A program made the translations under genes and the position numbers. The notes below the pieces were generated by a model. That model did no database searches. It worked only from the letters and a program-made list of their open reading frames with translations, and was not told the DNA's origin. 34,123 bases of DNA from positions 1 to 34,123 of the IMG/VR virus record IMGVR_UViG_3300003778_000107; one strand, given 5' to 3'. The stretch's first letter is position 1. Every line of letters begins with the position of its first letter. Below are positions 11,601-18,983 of this stretch, one piece after another. The stretch is from a virus. Its lineage: Duplodnaviria; Caudoviricetes.

Positions 11601-11711
11601 TGCAATGGTCTGCGCCAGCACATACGACCCGGCGAGCACCAACGCCCAAGCGACCAGGATCGGCCCGCGTTTGGCCAGCCACTTGCGCACGACACCTTGC
11701 TCACGTCCCAT
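2688..11711 (-). CDS. Giant secreted Rhs/YD-repeat polymorphic toxin: signal peptide, 7 Ig-like domains, SpvB/TcB-like region, FG-GAP repeats, YD shell, Rhs core, NlpC/P60-like C-terminal toxin
   Basis: Signal-like RGPILVAWALVLAGSYVLA; seven VEFY..G.L...DT.APY repeats; SpvB motif IPILVPPGRRGMQPSLSLDYSS..GNG..GMGWSL; D.DGDG..D repeats; GRGFQGF (TcdB mid); YD repeats; GFTQHEHL...LIHMNGRVFD...GRF..DP...NPYSY..NNPL..TDPTG Rhs core. Confidence 0.92.
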   Translation of the reverse strand: MGREQGVVRKWLAKRGPILVAWALVLAGSYVLAQTIAAPPPPEETVIAPMSVIQADLSLPNGTNYAPPATIAMEVAADIGDDGERITKVEFYANGSLIGTDTSFPYSFTWTSVPAGAYAIYAVVFSNLGSSLQSNTVNATVTAPTNQVPSVALTSPANGQVVLYGPSVSITANASDADGSIARVEFFVSDLLIATDMTAPYATTWTPTGTGTFLIKARAYDNAGAASEATHTLKVNTPPTVGLGTPVDGSTYQGPLNLGLQATASDNSAITQVEFYSGTTLLATDTTAPYAYTWTNIPSGNYSFTARATDDDGVSVTSSAVAIAVNYPPSVAVSSPISGAILGAPASPLVQATASDPDDGLSKVEFYRDGVLQATDTTAPYAWQASNLAAGTYSLTAKAFDTRGGVTVSAANTLIVNALPSASLTAPTTGTLVQAPGVLTLSANASDTDGSIVKVEFYAGSTLVATDSAAPYTQVWTNAPAGVYTITAVATDNRGGTATTATSVASVNAPPAVAITTPANNSLKQAPADVTIEASASDADDSVAKVEFYRDGTLLAIDTTAPFAHALSGITSGSYALTAKAFDSRGGVTISTVSTLIVNSGPLVQLTSPSDQSGAVLPNAVSLSATASDTDGTIAQVEFFAGSTSLGIDTTTPYTLNWTPSAGGDYNLTARATDNTGTVSTSAVAVVRVRASAFELLGDQSPLSLLGALPVHDPGVGKVSGQSGVSGGGATYTIPILVPPGRRGMQPSLSLDYSSRAGNGIAGMGWSLSGLSSIHRCPQTLEQDGQIRAVKLDASDRLCLDGQRLVLTGGTYGAVNATYGTELESFVRVTQLGGNLTATNSYFKVERKSGDIAWYGNTSTAASAARVVPGGVTVPLTWMQVRNEDRIGNSIDYVYSSYGNGETLVSSIFYTGFGATVGNRRVAFNYEARPSGGNANDRVSSYLAGGLTRQTQRLASVVTFVGSEAVRSWVLTYGSAVSTTTGRSLLQLVSDCAHDGSQWLCKAPTSFVWQQGPMTFELKSPNLIPESIGAKNGNIRPLGDMDGDGATEVLVDYSTIVSLTPDRTVRWSMTVPGTYAIHHFGQSADFNQDGRVDFVGRETATGRIVVRTWSGSPTDTNFTTAFGNLIDTGITVPGTTSAVDGLVHVGDMDGDGRADLVLVRSESPNAGSCANKLYVYRNTPNATNPATGAPTFPQAASHCLSVPHVGDAMYEGEEVQGVKDFDGDGLPDILIESALEAWTPYVPQGRKLDRILFGTRTAAGYSLTSTPFASVFPAAQPRDAHENKSGLFALWMDVNGDGLDDWLYVGYDKLWKLRYNRGGVFSTIYNLGINAGLAGCGSSDSTSQSLCAHVWTPWQAQHLRPSDIDGDGRSELLFPTGFAANMCVLKPENMETCTQMGMGQLCTAGSERWVCPEDPVTGAAPPVVTRVASDLNDDGHPEVNLWHGAVTVGSHESGWPDYSTYKMSALRITEAADGTPVVTTVTTPLLSGAANLPGDDLYGDGHGDHLMLTSPEFGLRDVFGIPVEKGDGTPISETQSPRTLPGGLPILTGRVLVSEATGPGAAKNLDGLTPQTQDVLGMVTDGLGHQTVWSYAPLAGKAGRSAGQTPLYSVPMVASQRYIDERHIYFTSSMSVVAQMSQSDGIGGFRTWRYGYGEAIYNTQGRGFQGFRTVIEEDEIAGLRTTTTFHQKFPLTSQPERIVVNPISRTGEDGAISRETYAWRCNLANRADTAACTPTYGTPKKIFPFLDTKEAWTYDATTAATGGTPAILGYTQEVAAADTTCVGTFATASGYDAYGNLRARTTHRRDLGTGSASGTVNRLDRQCVSEANTYTTTTADWWLDKLTRTVVKTKVVWDTTEHPLPAGTSTPFITVTTDYGWNANRTPSTETVQPGIANQQRVTAYTYPASNNYGLPSGVGVSAAGDPNGTRSVGTTFSADGYFPETVANALGHGASNVVRARDGQPSLTIDANGLRTLIDYDAFGFAVKKRLRGATDSVMVTPDQHLAVSACLPSTCAPGEVYRLTTVQDGAPVNEVRFDALGRLRTKAQTQMDGQWTRTLTEYTARGQVWRQSEPRRSEPDWTWTTFEHNDVLGRMTKKTVPKQGIDGRGDMVTTYGYAGRTTTIQVCGSNDGGTGNCLNLSRTTDSAGRYVETRDALNGRTRFWYEARGNVVAIEDAKAVVTQAVYNAIGQRTSIVDPNQGTWSFAYNALGELLSQTDARGIVTSMSYDKLGRTLTRSATADATGDGVTEPVVDIWTYDPANAKGAPASEQRTINGVVERSKATVYDSLARPVQTDITQALTTGSQTYRFRTRYDSYYGRPVGQEFPNGETLQLVYSAYGDPLAERDPVLGTEYRRLDSVNARGQTLQETFGNGVVLNPQYQAQTGQLTELRYSRNGSDLRKLGYGYDVFGNLTRQTLNAGQSQEDYSYDQLHRIVSAIRSGTASGTVNYGFDSVGNFTKKTDFSSNAANAYVYTGGSCGGGANAVKSVTLVNSTTRAYCYDANGNLTSDNAGLSIKYDHMNLPTVAQRGANRDDFRYGADGQRTRSWGSDGSRVYLPGYEHRIDTNEIKIYVGDYVVITSGGGNPRKVEYLLKDRLGSVDAVASSAGAITETRGYDAFGKPRSGTWADLTPPKLGSTSVTPKGFTQHEHLNQLELIHMNGRVFDYNLGRFTGVDPLIQNPLNSQSLNPYSYIANNPLSGTDPTGYAASCGDVSAKEKGSGSCTYTTSDGKEHNVDYKVGKDGKLSVKASGATFSAIAADNKSRGENGGAAPTGVTGVGRKEQAAAPSNKGVASNSSDRVGRGAGGGPNDAGDNWTENDGMLSGDDGGAEEGEALGAPENRVDLVKRDKKGRPVFSGEKNTIELRASGKLSESARMRRGQLVMIDGSRLTAYKNETGKLEWDFDCFSVAIGGVEYWIEEQDFNPWFAEFTKKNPDILQRVQSPMVGDMVIYRVNGFIKHAATYTAPGIVTMASGTNLYDTPDGGVSKTTQKRVENGWAGADPEYWRQTR
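9640..11555 (-). repeat. Seven tandem ~90-aa bacterial Ig-like domain repeats within the Rhs protein
   Basis: Repeating P.V.LTSP....A.ASD.DG.I.KVEFY....L.TDT.APY...W....G.Y.LTA.A.D..G pattern, counted seven times. Confidence 0.85.
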
Positions 11712-11901
11712 ACCGCCCCCTACTTGGTTGATTGCGATGCGACCCTGTCCCGCGAACGCCTACGGTGTTCGCTCGACGGACCTGCCTGTTCGTTGATTCA
11801 CGCGCCCGCCGCGACATCGTGCGCCGCCGGCCTCTCATCGCCTGCGACCGATGCGATGGTCATGGCGTGGCGGTCGCGACGCCACCTGTGATCGTTCGAG
11901 A

Positions 11902-12261
11902 TCATTTCGCTTGATCGGACGGCACGATCGCATGCACGGTCTTCACGCGCTTCGACAGCGCAATGATCTCGTCGGCCGACATCCCCGAGACCTTGTCCCG
12001 GATGCGCGCGATCGAGGGGCGCTGCAACGCTGGATCGTCGACGACCTCGTAGGCGCTCGAGACGCCCTCCATGTTCAAGAGCAGGACGGCGATCTGCAGC
12101 GTCTGTTGCTTGCGCGGCGACAGCGACGACGTCATGCGCTCGAAGGTCGCAGTGGCCGTGGCGTCCGACGTGGCGTCGATGCGAATCGGTTCTTTGGCGT
12201 GGACGCTTGCCGCGAACAGCAGCGCGACCGCCATCAGTACGTTGAGAGTCTTTCGGAACAT
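11902..12261 (-). CDS. Exported small protein, DUF6694-like
   Basis: Signal peptide MFRKTLNVLMAVALLFAASVHA, followed by RIDATSD..A..TFERM..SLSP..Q and V.GMSADEII, which resemble DUF6694 proteins. Confidence 0.6.
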   Translation of the reverse strand: MFRKTLNVLMAVALLFAASVHAKEPIRIDATSDATATATFERMTSSLSPRKQQTLQIAVLLLNMEGVSSAYEVVDDPALQRPSIARIRDKVSGMSADEIIALSKRVKTVHAIVPSDQAK

Positions 12262-12301
12262 GACGTTCGGTCCTTGGGATTGATCTGTGATGCGGTCGCG
12301 T

Positions 12302-15300
12302 TCAGCCACCGCCACCGCCACCGCCGCCGCCATCTCCGCCGCCACTCCCATCGCCGTTCGGCCCCGAAGCGGGCGCCATCGTGCGCGCACCGATGCGCAT
12401 CACCGGGCCAGTGGAGGTGACGATATCGACATCCATCGTTTCGGCCTGGGCTTGCGCCTGCGCCTGTTGCTGCTGCAGAGACTGCATCGCCACGCGCGAC
12501 ACATCCGAGGATTGTTCGATCGTTGCGACAGACAGGGACTGCTGGATGTCGACCGGGGCGAGCCGATTGGCGGGGCTGTCGAGCGGACCGTGGACGGCGA
12601 TCAGTTTCGTGCCGTCGTTGTTCATCACCACCGCGTCGACCTGCGGTTTCGGAAATCGATCCGGCTGCGTCAACGCCTGCCCCACCAGTCCGGCAGCGAG
12701 CTTCTCTTCTTCGTGCTGCGTGAAGGTGCCGGCGGGGATGTTCGGGGAGGTGCGCAAGGCATTCAGGGCCTGCGCGTACATGGCGTGCGCGGGGTGCGCG
12801 GGCTGCGTCACCAGCGGCGTAGATGGCGTTGGTGCGGGATCGGCAGCGCCCGCCTGCGTCGGGACATGATCGGGCCGGCGCTCATCGTCGCGGTCGTCCC
12901 TCGATACCGCGCGATGCGCGAGCGCAGGGTCGGCGGCGGATGGGGTCGCAGGTGCCGCCCCGGCGCGCGTGACGGGCGCGCGTTCGGGCTCGGAGAGGGC
13001 ATCATCGTCGCGTCCAGCGGACGAGGACAGACGCACGGCCCTCGCTTCGATCTCAGGCTCCCGCGCCACGGCGGGAGATGTCGCATCCGGCGACGGCGAG
13101 CGGCCTAGGCTGTCCGATTCGCTACGTTCGCGCTCGCGCTGCGCCGCCAAGGCGTGATCCACCGCCTGGCGCGTGTCCAGGTCCGCGACGCCGGTCGCGG
13201 GCAGGCCGTGCAGGGTCTGGAATTGGCGGATGGCGTGTTCGGTTTCGGGGCCGTAGTGACCGGTTTGCGGGATCGGCTCGCCGTCCGGCCCGCGGTAGCC
13301 CTGCCGGTCCAACCGGGACTGCAGCAGTTCGACTTGATCGTTGCGATCGCCGCGCCGCAGGGTATCGGGATCTTCCGGGGCCGGAACGCCGGTCGCCAGG
13401 GAGGCGGTTCGCGGTGTTTCGCGGTCAACCGGAAGCACAGGCGTCGTCTCGCCGGGCGTGTTCGGCAACGGTGCGTCCTGCGCGACCCGAGGCGCCGATT
13501 CCAGTGTCGGTTCCCGATGCGCGGCGACGGGCACCGGCTCGGTCTCCGCTGAAGCCTGCGTCGGTTCGGCGCTGCTCGTCGACAGTGCGCGATCTGCCTG
13601 CTCGCGCTCGCGTGCATGCTGCGCGGCTTCGTCGTCGCGTGCGGCCTGCGCCATCCCCGCGACGGCGACGGCCTGCGCGTGGTCCTGCGCCGCAGAGGCG
13701 TCCTGTACACGCTCCCGAGACGTCTGCGGCGCGTCCGTCGCCTCGGTGGCCGCCTCACGCGGCATCGCCGGCCCCAGCGAGACCACGCGGGCCGGGGCGT
13801 CGAGGGTCGCCACGTGGGCGACCTGCTGCGTTTCGTCGCGGGACAGACCCTCGCGGTTCGCCTCGCGCGCGGCCTGTTCGCGGGCGTCCCGCGCCTCCGG
13901 CGACAGTGGGGCGATGCTCCGCTCCGGCGCTGTCTGGACCGGCGTGTCGAGGTCGTCCGAACGCGAGGTCCGAACGTCCGCGGCGAGCGCGATCTCCCCC
14001 GGCCGCGTGGTGGCGACGACCTGCACCACCCCATGCGCGTCGAGTTTCGTGTGTTGGATCGGGCTGTCGAAGCTGTAGCCGCCGTTAACGTCGCGATCCA
14101 GGGCGAATGCCGTCGTCCCCAAGGCGATGCCGTGCTCGGCGCGCGTGCGCTGCACGGCCGCGTAAGTCGCCTCGAACTGCTCCGGTTTGATATCGGGGTT
14201 CCAGCGGTTGTCGAGGTACAAGTCGCGCAACAGCGCGCGGTCGGCTTCCTCTGGCGTCGGCGGCTGCCACGCGGGCATATTCGCCAGAGTCCGCTGGTGG
14301 AGGTCGAGCGCCGGCACCAGGCGCTCGCGGGTCAGTTCCAGTTCCAACGCGCGGTTGGCGGACGCCGCCTCGCCGTCATGCATCCACACGCCCTGCGCAT
14401 CGCGCTGGTAGTGCTTCCCATCGGAGGCTTGCAGCAGATCCGGGGACAACGCCATTGCGACGGCGTCCGGCACCTGCCCCGCATAGCCGTAGGCCTTGTG
14501 GCCGACCTCGTACCGCGCAGCGATCGCAGCGGGGCCGGCCTTGAGGTTGTCGTCGATCACCGCCATCGCCTGCGCGCTGAGCTGGGTCGCACGTTCCGCG
14601 CTGGCGTACTCGGGCTCCGGCTCCCAAGCCGTCATGTCGCGCCGATCGACGCCGTTCGCGATCTGTCGCGACCAACGGCCGGTCTCCGCGCTGTACGACC
14701 AATCCGTGACTTTGAAATGCGCCGGATCGGCATCGCTCTGCGGTTGCACGAACGGGCTGCGTGGCTCCGGCACCTTGCCAAGCGCCTGCTCCACCGCTTC
14801 CATGCTGGCCATCTGACTCAGCTCGCGCGCCTTGTCGGGTTGCGCCGAGAACGATTGCCGGTGCGTGATCGACTGGCCATCGTCCACCAGGTCGGCGCGC
14901 AGATCATCGCGAACCCACTTGCGACCGTTGAATTCCCATTCGACGCCTGCGGTATCGGTCTGGGTGTAGATCTTGTCGTTCTGCCACATCGTCACGGCGC
15001 GCTCGGCCGCCTTGCCGAACAGATAACCCTCGGCCACCACCAGCACGAGCGTGCCGCCAGAGCCCGTGCCCAGCGCGGTCGCAGTGGTGGCGCCCGCAAC
15101 CGTCCCGGCCATCGCGCCCGTCGTCTGCGCCGCTTGGCGCGCGTAGGCATCTTCCGCGGCCGTCTCATTGCCGAGCGTGTGCTTGAACACCTGGGCGCGC
15201 TGATGGGTGTCGCTCCACTCGATTCCGGTCAGGGCGGCGCTGACCGCGAAACCGCCGATCGCTGCCTTCGTGCCCGCAGGCAGCGATCGCGGAGGCGTGT

Positions 15301-16561
15301 AGGGATGCAATTCCACATTGGGGTCGCGCGCCAACCGCGCCATCAACCCATCGGCGCCGGTCTGCTCAGGTGAGCCCACATGCACAGTTCGTTCCACCGA
15401 CCGGGCTTGCGCATGGAAACGCTGCGCCATGTCGTTCGCAGGTTCCGGCGCCTGCTCGAACACATGCACCACCTGCCCCGGCCGCGTCGCATGCGTCATA
15501 TCCGGCGTCAGGCGCGTGATCTCGCCCTCGGGATCAGCACGATCCACCATTCCTGTGTATCTGAACTTCCAGTTGGTGTGCGATTGATGGACGACATTCA
15601 TTCGCGGATCGTCCGTCTCATGCAACCGCTGAAAAAGCGGCTGGCTCGAGAGCGCATTGCGGTAATCGGTCATCAGATTCATGCTACGATCCGACAGACC
15701 GTTGCGCAGGTACCAGCCACCGACATCCGCATGCACGCCGGACACGGTCACGCTCAGGAATCGCCCGTCCGCCGACAATCCCTGCGGAATGATGCGGTCC
15801 ACCGGGAACGGCTTGCGCAGTTCGTCCGCGGAGTTGATCTGGAAGCCCGACACCACGGACGGCGGCAGACGCCGATCAACGAATTCCTGAACCCCTGTCG
15901 GCACAGGGTCGTACAGGCCGACGGACATGGGGGTTTGCCCGGGAGCTTTGAGGAGGTGCGGATAGGTGGGGATCGCTCTACCGTTGGCATCCTGGACATA
16001 GACCGGCTGATCCATGTCGGGAATGCCTCGGTCGTGGATCAACCGCGCGACCATCGGCACTGTGCTGGCGCCGCGACTGAAGCCTTCGAGGTGGATGCTG
16101 ATCTTTGCGTCGGGGTCGTTTCGATAGATTTCCTGTGCGCGTCGCACCAACATCCAGTACATCGTTTCTTCGCGATCCAGCGCAGTTGCGCCCAATCCAC
16201 CATCCAGAGCATTTTTGGCAAAGTTTGTCTGGGTGCCAGGACCAGGAAGGTATTCAGCAGCGACATTATCGATTCCAGAGGCCCTGAGCTTTCTGATCTC
16301 TTCGCGCAATCGCGCGACATTTGTCGGATGCAGAGGGTCTTGGCCGACGTCGTTCCCCGTGCCATCCAGCAGCCCGAAGAGCACATAGGAATGGGGATCC
16401 TTTGGATCCCACAGTGCCGGCGCCTTGAATTGACGCATCTGCTCCGCTGCGCGCTCGAAGCTTCGGAGTTGTTCCTCCGTTGCCGGGACATGCGCCACAT
16501 CGTCGAAGGGCAGGCCATCTTCGACCAAGCGGAAAGTCGTCTTGCGATCATTGCTTCCCAT
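12302..16561 (-). CDS. Xanthomonadales T4SS antibacterial effector (X-Tfe): DUF2235/Tle1-like phospholipase + peptidoglycan-binding domain + XVIPCD
   Basis: DGTGND, GPGT, GFSRGA nucleophile elbow, YDPV and GVHADVGG (Tle1 triad motifs). LRRGDRNDQVELLQ..L...GY....TGHYGPETEHAIRQFQ..HGL..TG = PG_binding_1. HPAHAMY.QA...LAAGL...VDAVVMNNDG..LIAVHG.LD.PA.RLA.VD...Q-rich = XVIPCD. Start placed at 16561 (GGAG RBS, no overlap with the upstream gene). Confidence 0.88.
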   Translation of the reverse strand: MGSNDRKTTFRLVEDGLPFDDVAHVPATEEQLRSFERAAEQMRQFKAPALWDPKDPHSYVLFGLLDGTGNDVGQDPLHPTNVARLREEIRKLRASGIDNVAAEYLPGPGTQTNFAKNALDGGLGATALDREETMYWMLVRRAQEIYRNDPDAKISIHLEGFSRGASTVPMVARLIHDRGIPDMDQPVYVQDANGRAIPTYPHLLKAPGQTPMSVGLYDPVPTGVQEFVDRRLPPSVVSGFQINSADELRKPFPVDRIIPQGLSADGRFLSVTVSGVHADVGGWYLRNGLSDRSMNLMTDYRNALSSQPLFQRLHETDDPRMNVVHQSHTNWKFRYTGMVDRADPEGEITRLTPDMTHATRPGQVVHVFEQAPEPANDMAQRFHAQARSVERTVHVGSPEQTGADGLMARLARDPNVELHPYTPPRSLPAGTKAAIGGFAVSAALTGIEWSDTHQRAQVFKHTLGNETAAEDAYARQAAQTTGAMAGTVAGATTATALGTGSGGTLVLVVAEGYLFGKAAERAVTMWQNDKIYTQTDTAGVEWEFNGRKWVRDDLRADLVDDGQSITHRQSFSAQPDKARELSQMASMEAVEQALGKVPEPRSPFVQPQSDADPAHFKVTDWSYSAETGRWSRQIANGVDRRDMTAWEPEPEYASAERATQLSAQAMAVIDDNLKAGPAAIAARYEVGHKAYGYAGQVPDAVAMALSPDLLQASDGKHYQRDAQGVWMHDGEAASANRALELELTRERLVPALDLHQRTLANMPAWQPPTPEEADRALLRDLYLDNRWNPDIKPEQFEATYAAVQRTRAEHGIALGTTAFALDRDVNGGYSFDSPIQHTKLDAHGVVQVVATTRPGEIALAADVRTSRSDDLDTPVQTAPERSIAPLSPEARDAREQAAREANREGLSRDETQQVAHVATLDAPARVVSLGPAMPREAATEATDAPQTSRERVQDASAAQDHAQAVAVAGMAQAARDDEAAQHAREREQADRALSTSSAEPTQASAETEPVPVAAHREPTLESAPRVAQDAPLPNTPGETTPVLPVDRETPRTASLATGVPAPEDPDTLRRGDRNDQVELLQSRLDRQGYRGPDGEPIPQTGHYGPETEHAIRQFQTLHGLPATGVADLDTRQAVDHALAAQRERERSESDSLGRSPSPDATSPAVAREPEIEARAVRLSSSAGRDDDALSEPERAPVTRAGAAPATPSAADPALAHRAVSRDDRDDERRPDHVPTQAGAADPAPTPSTPLVTQPAHPAHAMYAQALNALRTSPNIPAGTFTQHEEEKLAAGLVGQALTQPDRFPKPQVDAVVMNNDGTKLIAVHGPLDSPANRLAPVDIQQSLSVATIEQSSDVSRVAMQSLQQQQAQAQAQAETMDVDIVTSTGPVMRIGARTMAPASGPNGDGSGGGDGGGGGGGGG

Positions 16562-16574
16562 CCCACCGGCTCCG

Positions 16575-17111
16575 TCAGTAGGTCTTTGTCCAGGCCAGGA
16601 TGAGTTTTCGATGGCTGATGCGCTTTCCATCGGGGATAGCGGAGTCGACAGGGTGCTTGGTTCTCACCCATGAACGCATGTAGAGATTGATGGTCGAGTT
16701 GTTCACTTCGAGCAAGATGTCGACCATTCGCTCCACGGGATGCTGACCAAAGAAGGGGTCCACATCCTCCTGATCGACATCATGCAAAATCAGTCGCTCG
16801 GGGAAAATCGCTTGCAAGTCGATTTCAGTTGAGCGTTCGACACCATCGAGTGCCGTCCAATGAATTTCCACGGGCGGAGGGAACACTTGGTCGGGAGTGA
16901 CGATAAACCCACCCTTCCAGTGATCCTTCCAATCCGGCGAATGCGGCTCGCCCGACGGTTCCTCTAAGTGCGTCGACACCTGCTGATTCATGAAAACGAC
17001 GTAGCATCGCAGGGTGTTGTAGCACCTGACGTCGAAGTCGAACGAATCGAATCGCAACGGCCATGATTCGCCATGACCGCTGTCATTCCCCTTGTTTCCA
17101 AAAATTGACAT
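16575..17111 (-). CDS. Probable immunity protein (X-Tfi) for the phospholipase effector
   Basis: Ends 13 nt upstream of the effector start (canonical X-Tfi/X-Tfe order). WPLRF..F...CYNTLRC and FPPPVEI.W..LDG motifs recall proteins found upstream of DUF2235 effectors. Confidence 0.7.
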   Translation of the reverse strand: MSIFGNKGNDSGHGESWPLRFDSFDFDVRCYNTLRCYVVFMNQQVSTHLEEPSGEPHSPDWKDHWKGGFIVTPDQVFPPPVEIHWTALDGVERSTEIDLQAIFPERLILHDVDQEDVDPFFGQHPVERMVDILLEVNNSTINLYMRSWVRTKHPVDSAIPDGKRISHRKLILAWTKTY

Positions 17112-17207
17112 GTAAATTCGCTCCAGATCGTCTTTCTTGAGATTGCAGTTGGCTCTCTACGCTTGTCGAGCCCATCGAGCCGGCACTGGATCGACAGCTA
17201 TTCGACT

Positions 17208-18014
17208 TCAAATCATTGGTCCTTTCGGCACGAGAGCGCACAATATCGAAACTTTCGCGGGAATCTGTCGCCTCGCCACCGGTGTGAGTTCCTGAATCCC
17301 GACCACACATGCGCTGCCCCGCGCGTCCAAGCCGTCGAGTTGCTTCACGTCTCGGAGGACTCCGTAACTTCTCCCACCAAACTGCTCGTCGACCTGCATG
17401 ACGGCACCTGGAATGTACGGCTTGAGCCGCTGGACGACCTCATCAAACTCCATATTCGTCAAAAATGAAGGCCCGATGCAGATTCCTCCATTGATTTGGA
17501 TGGTATCGATTGGAACGCCAAAGATATCCAGTGGCACGTTGAGCCGACATGGTGTACCTGCATGCAGACGCCGTCCTTCAACGTCGCCCGGAACCACGAT
17601 ATAGCCAATGGAGACCAGATGCGCGAGGCGATCTACGTAGTCGTCTCTGTAATCGAAGTAATATCTGAAATTGAGTGTCTTGATCATTCTTTCGACGCGA
17701 CGTTTGTAACCGGCAACGGTCGCTCTGTCGTCGGCGAAGATTCGGAATGCAAGACGGCGCATCTTCGTTCGCAATCCGATAGAAAACGGCTCCAACTGGT
17801 AAACAGCAAAGACGAGGAACATCATCAGGGCGACCACACACCCCCAGGTCAGCGCCTCAAGAACCCTGAATCCGTCGGCCGGCTTACTGATGAGCAGCCG
17901 TGCAAATAGGACGATTGTTCCCACAAGCACACCCGCCTGAACGGAAACGATGGCCATCCACGCTAACCGCTTCTTCACTCTGGCCGGCACCTCGATCAAA
18001 TTGGATTCTTCCAT
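17208..18014 (-). CDS. Hypothetical membrane protein (two N-terminal TM helices)
   Basis: Lower-GC ORF with two hydrophobic segments; RBS GGAAGG before the ATG at 18014 (alternative start 18029). Confidence 0.6.
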   Translation of the reverse strand: MEESNLIEVPARVKKRLAWMAIVSVQAGVLVGTIVLFARLLISKPADGFRVLEALTWGCVVALMMFLVFAVYQLEPFSIGLRTKMRRLAFRIFADDRATVAGYKRRVERMIKTLNFRYYFDYRDDYVDRLAHLVSIGYIVVPGDVEGRRLHAGTPCRLNVPLDIFGVPIDTIQINGGICIGPSFLTNMEFDEVVQRLKPYIPGAVMQVDEQFGGRSYGVLRDVKQLDGLDARGSACVVGIQELTPVARRQIPAKVSILCALVPKGPMI

Positions 18015-18196
18015 TACCTTCCCTTCCATGTTCGACGCCCTGAGGCGTCCGTGCAGCAAACTATAAAATCTGGAACTCACATAAAGAAGTACAGCACGAT
18101 CCCAAACGCCACCCGCGCCCAAAGCAGCACGAAATCGGCGACGATCTCGACCCTTGTCCTGTCGTCCTGAAAGCGTCCCTGCCGGCGAGTGCGCAA

Positions 18197-18598
18197 TCAA
18201 TGTCGCTCCCTGCGCGGGTCAGGTTCCCCGCGCTGAATGCGTTGGTAGATTTCTTCGCGATGCACCGGGATCTCGCGAGGGGCATCGATGTTGATTCGGA
18301 CTTGCCGCCCGCTCGCAAGACCCAGCCAGCCACCGAAGGCGCCGCCGCCGAACGACACGACGACCTCCTCGCCGATTCGCAGGGAGTCGCCCACCATGAC
18401 GGCGATCAGATAGCGCTTGCCGCGGCGGTGCCGCTTGCGCACGGGACTGACGGGCATATCGGTTTCGTCGGTGATGATGATGTTGGGCGGCACGGCAAGC
18501 GCGACCGTGAGGTGCGCGCGCAGTTTGGATAGGATCGTCAGGCGCACGGCGTCGCCGATGCGGATGCTTTCGCCGACTCGGCGTGTCAGAACCAGCAT
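18197..18598 (-). CDS. csrA: Carbon storage regulator CsrA/RsmA-family protein with tandem CsrA domains
   Basis: [23 protein letters not shown] (CsrA N-terminus) and [13 protein letters not shown]...[24 protein letters not shown] (second, complete CsrA domain). Confidence 0.85.
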   Translation of the reverse strand: MLVLTRRVGESIRIGDAVRLTILSKLRAHLTVALAVPPNIIITDETDMPVSPVRKRHRRGKRYLIAVMVGDSLRIGEEVVVSFGGGAFGGWLGLASGRQVRINIDAPREIPVHREEIYQRIQRGEPDPRRERH

Positions 18599-18605
18599 GG
18601 CGTGA

Positions 18606-18983
18606 TCAACCAGCAAGCCGATGGGTACGGGTGCGGCGGCGCGATGGTGCCTCGCGCACGATGATCAGCGGCGACAACAGAACGATGCGCAGGCGCACTT
18701 CGCGAAGCGTGCGCACGCCCGGTATCCGCAGGCAAACAGCTTCGACCGCGATCTCGGCAGGACCGATGGAGAACGACTCGTCATCGCGCAGCGCCAGAAC
18801 ATGCGCACGCCGCCGGATACCGCACGGCGCACTGGCGTGGAATCCGCCGAACCCGCCCAACTCGTGGCGAGCTGCGGCGTCGATGAAGACGTAGAGCATC
18901 TCGTCTGCGCGTCCGGTCAGATGCAGACGGATGTCACCGCCGATCCGGAACGATTCGCCTACGGAGCAATCGATAACTGGCAT
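18606..18983 (-). CDS. Divergent CsrA-like protein (two degenerate CsrA domains)
   Basis: [15 protein letters not shown]...LYVFIDA and [17 protein letters not shown]...EVRLRI match the CsrA beta-strand pattern twice. Confidence 0.7.
   Translation of the reverse strand: MPVIDCSVGESFRIGGDIRLHLTGRADEMLYVFIDAAARHELGGFGGFHASAPCGIRRRAHVLALRDDESFSIGPAEIAVEAVCLRIPGVRTLREVRLRIVLLSPLIIVREAPSRRRTRTHRLAG

Noticed and set aside
13078..16603. Plus-strand ORFs overlapping the XVIPCD effector
   Set aside because: Antisense shadows without recognisable features.
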